Source: Promethearchaeota archaeon (lineage in GTDB: Archaea; Asgardarchaeota; Lokiarchaeia; Sigyniarchaeales; SOKP01). From it: a stretch of 64,000 bases of DNA. The stretch spans positions 42,338-106,337 of the forward strand of contig JBHLNS010000006.1 of NCBI GenBank assembly GCA_048941285.1, in the 5' to 3' direction. The position numbers and the translations under genes are program-made. Position 1 is the stretch's first letter; the number at the start of each line of letters is the position of its first letter. Of the stretch, positions 49,651 through 60,010 are shown piece after piece. The notes beneath the pieces were generated by a model. That model searched no databases and was not told the origin of the DNA. It was given only the letters and a program-made list of their open reading frames with translations.

Positions 49651-50871
49651 ATGGAACTCGATAATTTAGATAAAAATAAACGCAGAAATCTAATAACGCT
49701 AGCTATTACCAAATTGATTCATGGATTTGGTACAGGGTTATTTTCTGTAGTTTACCAATTATATCTATTGGAACTCACCGGTTCAATAGTATTAACAGGA
49801 TTATTCATATCTATAGGTTCAATAATGCAATTTATACCTATGCCATTAATTGGAAAATTATCTGATAAATTCAACCGAAAATATATCCTTATATCAAGTA
49901 TTCCTATTTACATCTTAGGATTGTTCTTTTTAATATCAGCAACTTCGGCCAATTTACATTTTATTATTTTTGGGATAATATTTTATTTCTTAGGTTTTAT
50001 CACTAATAACTTAAACACCCAATTTTTAGTTGCTGAAAATACTAATAAATCCAAGGGATTAAACTTTGGATTTATGTTTTTTTCTTATTTTGGTGGAACT
50101 ATTGCGGGATCAATTTTCATAATTCTTGAAAAAGGCTTGAACTCTAGATTTTATTTCTCTATTTTTATATTAATATTAGTTATTGAAGGTATTTTCTACA
50201 TAATTTTTCTATCTGCTCAAACCCACCACATCCAGACTTCAAAAATTCAAGGAAATAATAACCTAAAGAAGAAAGAGAATATTTGGGCCAAAATATTTAA
50301 AACAAAAACATTAAGATCCATTCTAATTTTCTTTACATTAGACATTTTCGTTTATAGTATTTCTCTTTCAATCTACTCTGGAGGATTATATAATTATTAT
50401 AATCTTACCCCAGATGATGTAGCTTTCATAATATTATGGTTTAATATTACAAATGCAGTTTTCCAGATTCCTGCTGGACGTATTACGGATAAAATTGGTA
50501 ATAAAAAGACTTTGATTTTGAGTCAATTCTTTGGGTTCGGATTTTTTTTAATGAATATTTTATCTGTGATGCTTTGGACTATAGTATTTAAAAATACATT
50601 GATTCTTCTACTAAGTATAGGTTATATTTCATTAGCGTTATCCGTCTGTACGTTTATACCCGCCGAACAAATAATTTTAACTAACTTGGGAGAAAACCAA
50701 AAAGCAGAATCATATGGGGTAATTTCGTTCTTTAGAGGTATTGGGTTGATTCCAACAGGATTTTTAGGAGGATTAATGGTAGAAAATGTTCATTATATAG
50801 CTCCATTTATATTTAGCGTAATAGGATTAGCGGTTGAACTTTTATTCCTTGTTAAATTTTTTCACGATTAA
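49651..50871 (+). CDS. MFS transporter
   Basis: GKLSDKFNRK and GRITDKIGNK motif A repeats; 12 TM. Confidence 0.9.
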   Translation: MELDNLDKNKRRNLITLAITKLIHGFGTGLFSVVYQLYLLELTGSIVLTGLFISIGSIMQFIPMPLIGKLSDKFNRKYILISSIPIYILGLFFLISATSANLHFIIFGIIFYFLGFITNNLNTQFLVAENTNKSKGLNFGFMFFSYFGGTIAGSIFIILEKGLNSRFYFSIFILILVIEGIFYIIFLSAQTHHIQTSKIQGNNNLKKKENIWAKIFKTKTLRSILIFFTLDIFVYSISLSIYSGGLYNYYNLTPDDVAFIILWFNITNAVFQIPAGRITDKIGNKKTLILSQFFGFGFFLMNILSVMLWTIVFKNTLILLLSIGYISLALSVCTFIPAEQIILTNLGENQKAESYGVISFFRGIGLIPTGFLGGLMVENVHYIAPFIFSVIGLAVELLFLVKFFHD

Positions 50872-50969
50872 GTAGTAATTGTTCAATAAAATGAAAAGAA
50901 ATATAATTTTTAGATAATTCAATTCATTAATTTTCAAAAAAAAAATCAAAATTAAAGAATGGTGGAAAT

Positions 50970-52229
50970 ATGGGTAAATTAGCAAGAAAAGTTGCTATTG
51001 TTGGTGCGGGGATGAGTAAATTTGGACAGAATTTTCCCCTTAAACGTAATCCTGATATGTGGGTTGATGCTTGGATTGATGCTGTGAGTAAAGTAGATAA
51101 TGGTATTGAACCAAAAGAGGTTGATGCATGTTATGTAGGTAATTACTCCTCAGATTTATTTAATCACCAAGGACATTTAGGTCCCCAAATGGCTAATTTG
51201 GTAGGATTAACTCCGAAACCTGCGGCGAGATTTGAGGGGGCATGTGCTAGTAGCGGTGTAGCCTTTCGACAAGGAATATTAGCCATTGCATCGGGGATTC
51301 ATGATATTGTAGCAATAAGTGGCGTCGAATGTATGACAGAAGTATCTACCACATTAGTGACGGATACATTGGCAACTGCATCGGATAACTTATTCGAATA
51401 TCCAGCAGGAGCTACTTTTCCAGGATTATATGCTGCGGTTGCATCAGCTCATTTTCATAAATATGGGACTACTCATGATGATTTAAAGCGTATAGCTATA
51501 AAAAACCATGAAAATGGAAGTCAAAATCCTTATGCACAAATGCAACAAAGCTTAAAAGAGATAATGGCAAGTAAGATCAAGAAACTTGAATCTCAAGGGA
51601 GAGATATACCTGAATGGAAAGATGAAATGGATTTTTTAAACAGTTCCGCAAATCCTATTATTGCCTCTCCATTAAGATTATTTGATTGTTCATTAGTTAC
51701 TGATGGTGCAGCTTGTGTTTTCTTAGCAGCAGAAGAGGTCGCAAAGAAATATACTGACACTCCAATTTGGATAACTGGAACTGGACAGGGAAGTGCAGCA
51801 CTTTCTTTACACGATAGAGATGAAATTACAGGATTTATAGCTGCTAGAGAAGCTGCTAGACAAGCATATGAAATGTCAGGTTTAAAACCAAAAGATATTC
51901 AAATTGCTGAAGTACATGATTGTTTTACTATCGCAGAACTCATTGCATTAGAAGACTTAGGGTTCTATGAAAAAGGTAAAGCAGCAGAAGCAATTAAAAA
52001 TGGAGAGACAAAGAGAGACGGAATAAGACCAATTAACACTTCTGGAGGCTTAAAATCAAAAGGACATCCTGTTGGTGCGACTGGAGCAGCTATGGCAGTT
52101 GAAATCTTTAAGCAAATGCGTGGAATTGCTGAGAGGAATAGACAGGTTAAATTTGATGTTGAAAGAGCATTAAGTCATAATTTGGGAGGTTCGGGAGCCA
52201 CATGCGTGGTGACCATGTATGAAAAATAG
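50970..52229 (+). CDS. archaeal-type thiolase (acetyl-CoA C-acyltransferase)
   Basis: EGACASSG, DCS..TDGAA, EVHDCF, SGGLKSKGHPVGATG, HNLGG. Confidence 0.93.
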   Translation: MGKLARKVAIVGAGMSKFGQNFPLKRNPDMWVDAWIDAVSKVDNGIEPKEVDACYVGNYSSDLFNHQGHLGPQMANLVGLTPKPAARFEGACASSGVAFRQGILAIASGIHDIVAISGVECMTEVSTTLVTDTLATASDNLFEYPAGATFPGLYAAVASAHFHKYGTTHDDLKRIAIKNHENGSQNPYAQMQQSLKEIMASKIKKLESQGRDIPEWKDEMDFLNSSANPIIASPLRLFDCSLVTDGAACVFLAAEEVAKKYTDTPIWITGTGQGSAALSLHDRDEITGFIAAREAARQAYEMSGLKPKDIQIAEVHDCFTIAELIALEDLGFYEKGKAAEAIKNGETKRDGIRPINTSGGLKSKGHPVGATGAAMAVEIFKQMRGIAERNRQVKFDVERALSHNLGGSGATCVVTMYEK

Positions 52230-52246
52230 AAAGGTGAAAAAAGAAA

Positions 52247-52669
52247 ATGTCAGAACAAAAAGAAATTACAATTCAAAATTATTTAGAATTTATCCAAAAT
52301 AAAAAATTGATGGGTTCTAAATGTAAAAAGTGTGGTACTCTGGACGTACCTCCAAGAAAATTATGCATAAAGTGCAACTCAACTAATATCGAATGGGTAG
52401 AAATGTCAGGCAAAGGTAAATTAGCTGCCTATTCTTGTATTGGTGTAGGAGCTACATTCATGGTCAAAAAAGGGTATTCAATGAAAAAACCATATTGCTT
52501 TTCGGTAATAGCACTTGATGAGGGTCCAATGATTTCAGGTCAATTAGTTGGCGTTGATGAAACTAAACCAGAAGATATCAAAATAAATACGCCTGTAAAA
52601 GCTAGATTTTTAGAAACTGAATTGGAAGGAGGAGAAATAAGAATAGATCTTGGTTTTGAGCCAATATAA
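52247..52669 (+). CDS. DUF35 Zn-ribbon/OB-fold thiolase partner
   Basis: CKKCG...PP..LC.KC, SGKG; adjacent to thiolase. Confidence 0.9.
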   Translation: MSEQKEITIQNYLEFIQNKKLMGSKCKKCGTLDVPPRKLCIKCNSTNIEWVEMSGKGKLAAYSCIGVGATFMVKKGYSMKKPYCFSVIALDEGPMISGQLVGVDETKPEDIKINTPVKARFLETELEGGEIRIDLGFEPI

Positions 52670-52758
52670 AATCTAAATTATATTTATATTTTTATTTTTA
52701 ATATTATATAAACAAGAAAAATAGCTTTAATATTTCTTTTATAACTTGGTGAATTTTT

Positions 52759-53934
52759 ATAAAAAAGAGAAATAGTATCATAATTTCAACTGTTTTATTA
52801 TCAGTCCTTATCTTTTCTATTGTATATTTATTCCTTCCTCTAAATTATCTGAATATTCAGAATTATGATATAGAATTACAATTTAATAGAGACAATGCTT
52901 ATTCATATGTAGAAGACCAGTTAAACATAGGCTACCGTATCCCTGGAACCCAAGAGCGAGTGAACTGTACTAATTATTTTATATCAAAATTTTTAGAGAT
53001 AGATATTAACTTCAGTTATGCATTACATAACTTTTCAGTTTATTCTACTGATTGTCAGAATGCGTTATTCAAATTAAACGAACACGAAAATAACATCGTT
53101 ATTCTAGGTGCTCATTATGATTCTCGAGCTAGAGCAACCAAAGATTTAATAAACACATCGGCACCGGTCCCGGGGGCTAACGATGGAGCTAGTGGAAGTG
53201 CTGTTTTAATTGAATTAGCAAGAAATTTCTACATAATGAGAGAGAATTTGAGTTGTCAAATATGGTTTGCTTTTTTTGATGCTGAAGACCAAGGGTATGA
53301 TCTAGGACCGGGTATAAGTGGATGGGGATGGTGTGAAGGTTCTCAAAGTTTTGTTTCTGAAATTAATAATTTTTATGATACTGAGACAGAAAGTTTTGAG
53401 TGTATGATATTACTTGATATGGTAGGTGGGTTAAATTTAAGATTTATTAATGAACAATATTCTACTTCCTCATTGTTGGATGAGTTATTTGCTATCGGAA
53501 GGAGTTTAGGTTATTCAAACGAATTTCCAAAAAATGCAATCTCACAAGCAATTCTTGATGATCATGTGGCTTTTAAGAACAATGATATCCCTTCTGCAGA
53601 TTTAATTATCAAATTTTGGGATAGAAATCCAGATTGGCCTTACCATCATACCACTAAAGATAACCTTACTTATATTTCTAAAAATAGTCTTGAAGTTACG
53701 GGTAAAACTGTTGAACAATTTATCTATAATAACTTTATTGAAGAAATAAATAATCCTTATCAGGGGAACTATCCTTGGAACCAAGATAAGAATCTACCGA
53801 GCATAGAAATTATGATTGTTATTACAATAATTATTGCTATTGTAGGAATTTCAATTATAGTATTGATTTATACAAAACACGTGTCAGATAAAGAAGTTAA
53901 AATGCTAAACAGCAATAAAACTATCTATTTTTAA
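52759..53934 (+). CDS. M28-family metallopeptidase/glutaminyl cyclase-like, membrane-anchored; probable ATA start
   Basis: GAHYDSR, GANDGASG, FDAED, LDMVG, DDH, HHT..D; frame open upstream of the track start (52960) with signal anchor and FNRDNAYSYVEDQLNIGYRIPGT. Confidence 0.88.
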   Translation: MKKRNSIIISTVLLSVLIFSIVYLFLPLNYLNIQNYDIELQFNRDNAYSYVEDQLNIGYRIPGTQERVNCTNYFISKFLEIDINFSYALHNFSVYSTDCQNALFKLNEHENNIVILGAHYDSRARATKDLINTSAPVPGANDGASGSAVLIELARNFYIMRENLSCQIWFAFFDAEDQGYDLGPGISGWGWCEGSQSFVSEINNFYDTETESFECMILLDMVGGLNLRFINEQYSTSSLLDELFAIGRSLGYSNEFPKNAISQAILDDHVAFKNNDIPSADLIIKFWDRNPDWPYHHTTKDNLTYISKNSLEVTGKTVEQFIYNNFIEEINNPYQGNYPWNQDKNLPSIEIMIVITIIIAIVGISIIVLIYTKHVSDKEVKMLNSNKTIYF

Positions 53935-54820
53935 TGATAGTTCCACACTGCTGGCAATATTTTTCCAAATGTTCTAATTTCATGCCGCAAAATTTACAGA
54001 AATAAAAAATCTCTTTCGCTTTTTCCTCTTTTTTATCTTGGATTGAACTTATAGGCTTTTGTTTTAATAGTTTTAGATCTGGTGTAGTTATATCATTTTG
54101 AGCATTAGAAATCAATTTAACCTTCTCTAACTCTTTAACTGATTCTGAGGGGATTGGTTGTAGTTCACTGAGTTTCATTTGTGGAGGTTCAGAAGTAAAA
54201 ATTTCAGAACTTACTGGTGGAGGTACTTCTGGCATTTTTGCCGCTATTTCTGGTTGAGTGGTGGAGATATCTTTAATCTTTTCTTTCCATGTATCGGAAG
54301 TAGATGGTTCCATATCAGTTTTTATAAATTCTGGCGAGGGACTATCGATTATTGGTTTTGGAATAAATTTTTGCTTCTGTGCTTGATTTTTCATATAGTT
54401 TTCTCTTCTAACATTATAGATACCAAAATATTTTTTTTTAGCTTTCCTTAAACTGTATCTACTCCCACATTTTTTACAATATCCTGGATTTTTAATGGAG
54501 AATTCCCAACAATAAATGCAAATATAATGATATTCTTTTAAAAAAGTTGCTATATCAACCCTATCTTGTTGGGGAACTGATATATCTTCTTTTAATTGAT
54601 CTTGTACTGGTTGCTGTGTTTTCAATATATAAAAATTAAAATCTTTTTTGTTTGCTTTTCTTAAACTATATTTAGCACCACAAGCTTCACAATATTTTCT
54701 AAATGTATCTGTAAATTTCCCACATTTATTACAAATCAAAGGCTGTGCTTTTAAAAAAGCTTTCCAATTCTTAATTAATGGTTCAACATCCTTCGTTAAA
54801 TACTTATCACCATCAGAAAT
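53921..54820 (-). CDS. multi zinc-ribbon protein with Pro-rich linker; probable ATT start
   Basis: Two C..C...C..CG..YSLRKA repeats, C-terminal CKFCG...CQQCG; frame open to 54820 after AGGTGA SD. Confidence 0.75.
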   Translation of the reverse strand: MSDGDKYLTKDVEPLIKNWKAFLKAQPLICNKCGKFTDTFRKYCEACGAKYSLRKANKKDFNFYILKTQQPVQDQLKEDISVPQQDRVDIATFLKEYHYICIYCWEFSIKNPGYCKKCGSRYSLRKAKKKYFGIYNVRRENYMKNQAQKQKFIPKPIIDSPSPEFIKTDMEPSTSDTWKEKIKDISTTQPEIAAKMPEVPPPVSSEIFTSEPPQMKLSELQPIPSESVKELEKVKLISNAQNDITTPDLKLLKQKPISSIQDKKEEKAKEIFYFCKFCGMKLEHLEKYCQQCGTIIKNR

Positions 54821-54933
54821 CCTATTTCACCTTGTAAGATTCAATTTCGAAGTAAAATTGATTAAGTTATTTGTTGTATAATTTCAAATATAAACATTTG
54901 TATAAATTCAAATTATGATAATTGAACAATCTT

Positions 54934-55557
54934 TTATTTTTTGATGCCTAAAACTGCGCGATGTCTCTCTCTATCATTATAAATTTCTAATATGTTGAAT
55001 GAACTAAATACATCATATATTTCTTCCATTGTAAAAAAATGATGCGGAAGTCCTTTCTCTTGTCCTGCTTGGGGGATGTAAGTACCTGTTTCAATCTCTT
55101 TCAAATTCCAATCATCGAAATCGGGTCTATCTCTTAATTTGGGAAAAGTTATAAAAATTATTCCACCTTTTCTTAAGACCCTATTAATTTCCTTAACAGT
55201 ATTAAAGATATCTTCCATCTTATTATGATGAATAACCTGAATTGAAATAATAGCATCAAAAAAATTATCTTCGTAAGGAAATTTTGTCTCCATTCTGTTA
55301 AGTTTTATTTCTACCTTTAAATTTTCTTCTAAAAGCCATTCTTTTGCAATGGAAATAGCTTTAGGAGATGCATCAAAACCATGAATCTCAAATCCCTTCT
55401 TAGAAAAAAAGATAAGGTGACGTCCTGTTCCGGATCCAATATCTAATATCTTCCGCACTCCGCTTTCTTTGAAGAATGTGGCAATCCTTTCCATATCTTT
55501 ATGTGGTTCTGTAAAGACCTTACCTTTCTCAGAAAAAATTTCATCCCAATCAGGCAT
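54934..55557 (-). CDS. class I SAM-dependent methyltransferase
   Basis: ILDIGSGTGRH, GFDAS, FDAIIS..VIHH, RVLRKGG. Confidence 0.9.
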   Translation of the reverse strand: MPDWDEIFSEKGKVFTEPHKDMERIATFFKESGVRKILDIGSGTGRHLIFFSKKGFEIHGFDASPKAISIAKEWLLEENLKVEIKLNRMETKFPYEDNFFDAIISIQVIHHNKMEDIFNTVKEINRVLRKGGIIFITFPKLRDRPDFDDWNLKEIETGTYIPQAGQEKGLPHHFFTMEEIYDVFSSFNILEIYNDRERHRAVLGIKK

Positions 55558-55593
55558 AATATATAAAGAAATTATTTTTAAAAGAGGATTTTA

Positions 55594-56547
55594 TTAATGA
55601 TCACATTCATAAAAATAGTGTCCATATTTCTCTTTGAACTCCTCTGCAACTTCATTAATTTTTGGGCGTATAAACTCATATCCTTCTTTAATGGTTTCAT
55701 AGGTAACCGGTAAAGGGCCTAAAACTTCACCATCTACTTGACACATATATGATTCTTCATCAGGATTCTTCATTTCAATTCTAACTTTCTTGCTCTGATA
55801 TTCATGTACATTTGGATGAGGTAATAGAGAAGCGCTATACATCTTTTTAAATTGAAGAAGTAGCTTGAATTTTCCAATATTGACAATACTAATATCAAAT
55901 AATCCATCATCAACACTAGCTTTCTGACATATATACATCCCTCCTCCATAAGCACCACTATTTCCTACCGCTGCTAAATTTGCTACTCCCTCATATATCT
56001 CATTGTCCATTCTTACTATTATTTCTCTGGATTTCCAACTAAATAACGCTTGGAATATAATTAAATTATAATTTTTTCCACCTTTCTCATTTGATCTTCT
56101 TGCCACTTCCGCATCAAATCCTTGGCTACCAATTCCTAAAAAGTACCGTTCAACCCCTTCATCTGTTTTTGCAAATCCAATATCGCATCTACTAGTATAT
56201 CCTTCTGCAATAATTTCACATGCTCGTTTTATGTCTGCTTTAATTCCCACCGCTGCAGGAATGTCATTACCAGAACCCATAGGAATAAAACCACACAAAG
56301 CACCTGTATTTGATGTTATAACTCCATGAAATACTTGATTTGCAGTACCATCTCCTCCAGCCGCTATAACTCGGTATCCTTCCTTTGCCAATTTTCTGGC
56401 TAGTTCTATAGCATGTCCATCATATTCTGTTTCTACTGATTTGTATGAAATCTTCAAATCATTTAAACATTTGAAGGCATAATCGAGGTCTTCCTTAGTT
56501 TTTCCCTTCTTAGCAATAGGGTTATAAATAATTGCATAATCTTCCAT
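55594..56547 (-). CDS. diacylglycerol/lipid kinase family (YegS/DgkB-like)
   Basis: IYNP, AAGGDGT, PMGSGND, GFDA, YGGGM, QVDGE. Confidence 0.9.
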   Translation of the reverse strand: MEDYAIIYNPIAKKGKTKEDLDYAFKCLNDLKISYKSVETEYDGHAIELARKLAKEGYRVIAAGGDGTANQVFHGVITSNTGALCGFIPMGSGNDIPAAVGIKADIKRACEIIAEGYTSRCDIGFAKTDEGVERYFLGIGSQGFDAEVARRSNEKGGKNYNLIIFQALFSWKSREIIVRMDNEIYEGVANLAAVGNSGAYGGGMYICQKASVDDGLFDISIVNIGKFKLLLQFKKMYSASLLPHPNVHEYQSKKVRIEMKNPDEESYMCQVDGEVLGPLPVTYETIKEGYEFIRPKINEVAEEFKEKYGHYFYECDH

Positions 56548-56707
56548 AATTTTCAACTCAAATTATTTAGATCTGAACAAAAATATGACTATGATAACCA
56601 TTTAAATGCTATACTATTTAAAACTATTTTTAGTCATTGTATAGAACAAGGTTTTCAGTAAGGAGAGGAAAGAAACCATTAAAAAAATTAGTTGAAAGTA
56701 TCATAAA

Positions 56708-57493
56708 CTACTTCCATTCAAAACCACATAACCCACAATATTTTTTTTTTCCATATATGCGTGGATAAGCCATTAAAATTATACTCTTATCTATTACCTC
56801 ATGAATGGACGTTTCATCTCCACAACTAGGACATTTTCTACGTTCAATAGAATCTTCAAACACAGTAACACTATTATGATAAGAACTAGAAGGATCCTTA
56901 TCATCTATAATATCTAAGACTGATTCATCCATTTCTATTGGTTGCTCAGATTTAATTGAATGTGCCGTTTTCTCAACTGCTAAATTCTCATTCATCATTA
57001 ATATATATCCTTCCACTATAGAATGCAATTCATTCTCATTTGGAAACCTATTATATTTTTCAATAAAATTCTCTATAAATGTTTGAACATCATTATCCTT
57101 GACCACGTATCCCTTCAATTCAATAGAGTTTTTTATCTTTTGAATAATTTCTTCTTTTGGTGTTGTAAATTTCTCAAATTTTTTGCTGTAAGATGAGTTA
57201 ATCAATTTTTTTTGAAAATCTATCCATAATTGTCTAATTTGGGTATCAGTTAATTTACCTTTAATTTGTATATATACTCTTTTTTCTGGTTCTTGCAAAA
57301 TAGTAATTCTATTATTTTTTTGTTCCTCTTGATTAGTATCTTTATCAAAATAGACTATTCTGAGTAAAGATCTTCCCAACTTTTTTGTTTTGATTGATAA
57401 TGATAACTCTTTTTCTAATATATTCTCCATAATTGTTTGAATTTCACTGTAACTCTTATCATTTACGTTAAATGATTGACTTCTCTCTACCAT
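56708..57493 (-). CDS. hypothetical protein with C-terminal zinc-finger
   Basis: RRKCPSCG...IHE..DK......PRIYGKKKYCGLCGFEW. Confidence 0.75.
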   Translation of the reverse strand: MVERSQSFNVNDKSYSEIQTIMENILEKELSLSIKTKKLGRSLLRIVYFDKDTNQEEQKNNRITILQEPEKRVYIQIKGKLTDTQIRQLWIDFQKKLINSSYSKKFEKFTTPKEEIIQKIKNSIELKGYVVKDNDVQTFIENFIEKYNRFPNENELHSIVEGYILMMNENLAVEKTAHSIKSEQPIEMDESVLDIIDDKDPSSSYHNSVTVFEDSIERRKCPSCGDETSIHEVIDKSIILMAYPRIYGKKKYCGLCGFEWK

Positions 57494-57710
57494 TTTTAAG
57501 TTCTTAACCCTATTTACAATACATTTATTCAATCAATTTGGATAATTTTAATCTAGATGTTTTAGTTTAAAATGTTAATCTTTTGGTATAATTCAATTTC
57601 TTATTTATTGAATCAAAACCTTTAATATCCTAAATTTAAATCATTATATTAAGAAAATTTATATTGATTTTCTGATTAAATTTGACCATAGAACAACACT
57701 TTGTTTAGTT

Positions 57711-58415
57711 ATGGAAAAAGAATATTTAAAAACGGGTTCTAATAAGAAAAAGTCGCAAAAAACGCAATCATCTTCAAAAAGAAAAATCATTATCGCAATC
57801 ATTTTGATTGCTTTTGCGTTTTCAGGATCATTTTTGATTTATTTTATCCTACAGGTTTCTCTGAATACCAACACTCCCATGGTTGTTGTAATTTCGGGTT
57901 CAATGGAACCAACTTTATTAAAAGGGGATCTATTATTTGTACAAGGCAAAGATCCTACCTATATAAAAAATGGCACAATTGAAGGAAAAGAAGGTGATAT
58001 AATTGTTTTTGATGCTTGGAATCTATATGGTTGGATTCATCCTCCTCGTGATCCAATTGTTCATCGTGTTGTTGATAAATGGTATGATGGTGGGTGGTAT
58101 TTTCTTACGAAGGGAGATGCCAACCCAACTGTTGATGATGCACCTGTCCCAGCTAATAGAGTACTAGGAATAGTAGTAGGAAGAATTCCCTATATCGGAT
58201 GGGTAAAGATAATTCTGACAGATTCGGGATTGTTAATTCCACTTTTAGTTATTGTATCCGCTCTACTCATTATAAGTATAATTTGGGATATCTTAAAAAA
58301 GGATGATAAAAGTCGAGATAAAAAGAAGGGAGAAAATAAGCTAATTTATGACTCAGAAGAGAAAGAGGATGAGTCAGTAAGGGAAATTGAGTTTGATTTT
58401 ACAAAACCTAATTAA
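57711..58415 (+). CDS. sec11: signal peptidase I (archaeal/Sec11 type)
   Basis: VVISGSMEPT...GD, PIVHRV, LTKGDAN..D, IPYIGW. Confidence 0.92.
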   Translation: MEKEYLKTGSNKKKSQKTQSSSKRKIIIAIILIAFAFSGSFLIYFILQVSLNTNTPMVVVISGSMEPTLLKGDLLFVQGKDPTYIKNGTIEGKEGDIIVFDAWNLYGWIHPPRDPIVHRVVDKWYDGGWYFLTKGDANPTVDDAPVPANRVLGIVVGRIPYIGWVKIILTDSGLLIPLLVIVSALLIISIIWDILKKDDKSRDKKKGENKLIYDSEEKEDESVREIEFDFTKPN

Positions 58416-58546
58416 ATTAATTTCATAATAGATTAATGCCCTATTTCTCTATCAAACATAAGTTAAATCTTTATAAAAAAACAAATCGAATAATTAAATA
58501 TCAATTTTAATTAAAAAAAAAATAAAAAAAATATTGGTGTATAAAG

Positions 58547-58771
58547 ATGGGATGGACACCCCCTAGCAAATTCATCGTAATTTTAACATTCTTATTCATG
58601 GCTTTTGGAGTATTTATTTTAATGGATATCGGTTTAGGACTTTGGCCTTCATTATTAGCATCATTATCATTCCCAATAGGACCATATAATGGATGGTACA
58701 TTATTGCATTGATTCTATTTTTTCTCACTTGGTTTCTCTTCTATTTGGGAGTTAAATTTTCGGGAATGTAG
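58547..58771 (+). CDS. small 2-TM membrane protein
   Basis: 74 aa, two hydrophobic helices, GGTG SD. Confidence 0.7.
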   Translation: MGWTPPSKFIVILTFLFMAFGVFILMDIGLGLWPSLLASLSFPIGPYNGWYIIALILFFLTWFLFYLGVKFSGM

Positions 58772-59024
58772 TTCTTTAAGTTTATAATTCCTTTTTTTTA
58801 TTATTTTATTAAGAATTTCCCAATTAGCTAGATTTTGTTAGAAAATAAAAAATCCTTATTAATTAGACAATAAAATTTAAAATACTTCTAAAATTTCAAG
58901 AAAATGTTATTACGTAATTTAATATCAAAAATACAATAATACTACAAAACGTAATACGTAAACGCAAATTAGCAAAAAAGTAAAGAAATACAATAAAGAA
59001 TTAAAAACTAAAGAGGAAATTAAA

Positions 59025-59309
59025 ATGGCTAAAGAAAAAGAGACAAATTCTGTTTTCGTTGGTCGCCGTCCAACTATGAACTATGTGATGGCCACTATGA
59101 TGATCCTTAATAAAGGTGAGGAATGTACAGTAAAAGCAAGAGGTAGAGCTATTTCCCATGCTGTTGATGTTTGTGAAATTTTGAGAAATAGGTTCTTAAA
59201 AGGCACAGAATATAAGGACATCAAATTAAGCACAGAACAATTAGAAGGAGAAAACGGACAAAACAATAATGTCTCAAGTATTGAAATTGTTCTTGCTCCA
59301 CCAAAATAG
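59025..59309 (+). CDS. albA: chromatin/RNA-binding protein Alba
   Basis: VFVGRRPTMNYV, KARGRAISHAVDV, VSSIEIVL. Confidence 0.95.
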   Translation: MAKEKETNSVFVGRRPTMNYVMATMMILNKGEECTVKARGRAISHAVDVCEILRNRFLKGTEYKDIKLSTEQLEGENGQNNNVSSIEIVLAPPK

Positions 59310-59752
59310 ACAGTGAAATTTACTATAATTCGCTGAAACAAATAACACAATCTTTATTTTTTTTTATTACTCTATTTTTGTGAATTTAGTGTAGAAAATC
59401 ATAAATTTAACCTTTATTTTAATATATATACTTCTTATTTTAATAAAGGATCAAATTTACTGAAATTAGTAAATGAATGTTTATTTGTGAAAGAAGAAAA
59501 CGAGGTATTATATTAATACGTTATTAATGTGAAAGATATTATCTTATTAATAATTGTTTTACCACTTCACAAATCTGGTTTTTAGCTTAATTCTATCAAA
59601 GATACTTGGAAATTCACAAATTTTTGGTTAAATCACAAACATTTAATAATACAGTTAGAAAATAAATAATTAACAAAAAATAATTTGTTTTAATAATAAA
59701 TCCTAATTTTTATATAAAACTTAATAAAAATTTCTAAAAGAGGAAGAGAAAA

Positions 59753-59947
59753 ATGGCTAAAAAGGCTTCGGAACCAATGTATGTAAAATCTAAGGTAAGA
59801 GAATATATTAAGGGTAAAGGGTGCAATACAAGTAGTGGTGTTCTTGATGGGGACACATTGAATAAGCTCATAATGGAAATGCTTGATAATGCAGTAAGAC
59901 GAGCAAAAGGTAATAATAGAAAAACAGTAAAGGCAAGAGATTTATAA
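59753..59947 (+). CDS. short histone-fold protein with truncated alpha3 (DUF1931/face-to-face-like)
   Basis: VKSKVREYIK...NTS...LN......A..RAK.N.RKTVKARDL ending right after the RD motif. Confidence 0.8.
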   Translation: MAKKASEPMYVKSKVREYIKGKGCNTSSGVLDGDTLNKLIMEMLDNAVRRAKGNNRKTVKARDL

Positions 59948-60010
59948 CTCCACTTGCTTAAAAATATTATTTTTTTTTTATATTATATTTCATAAATTAA
60001 GAGTTAAATT

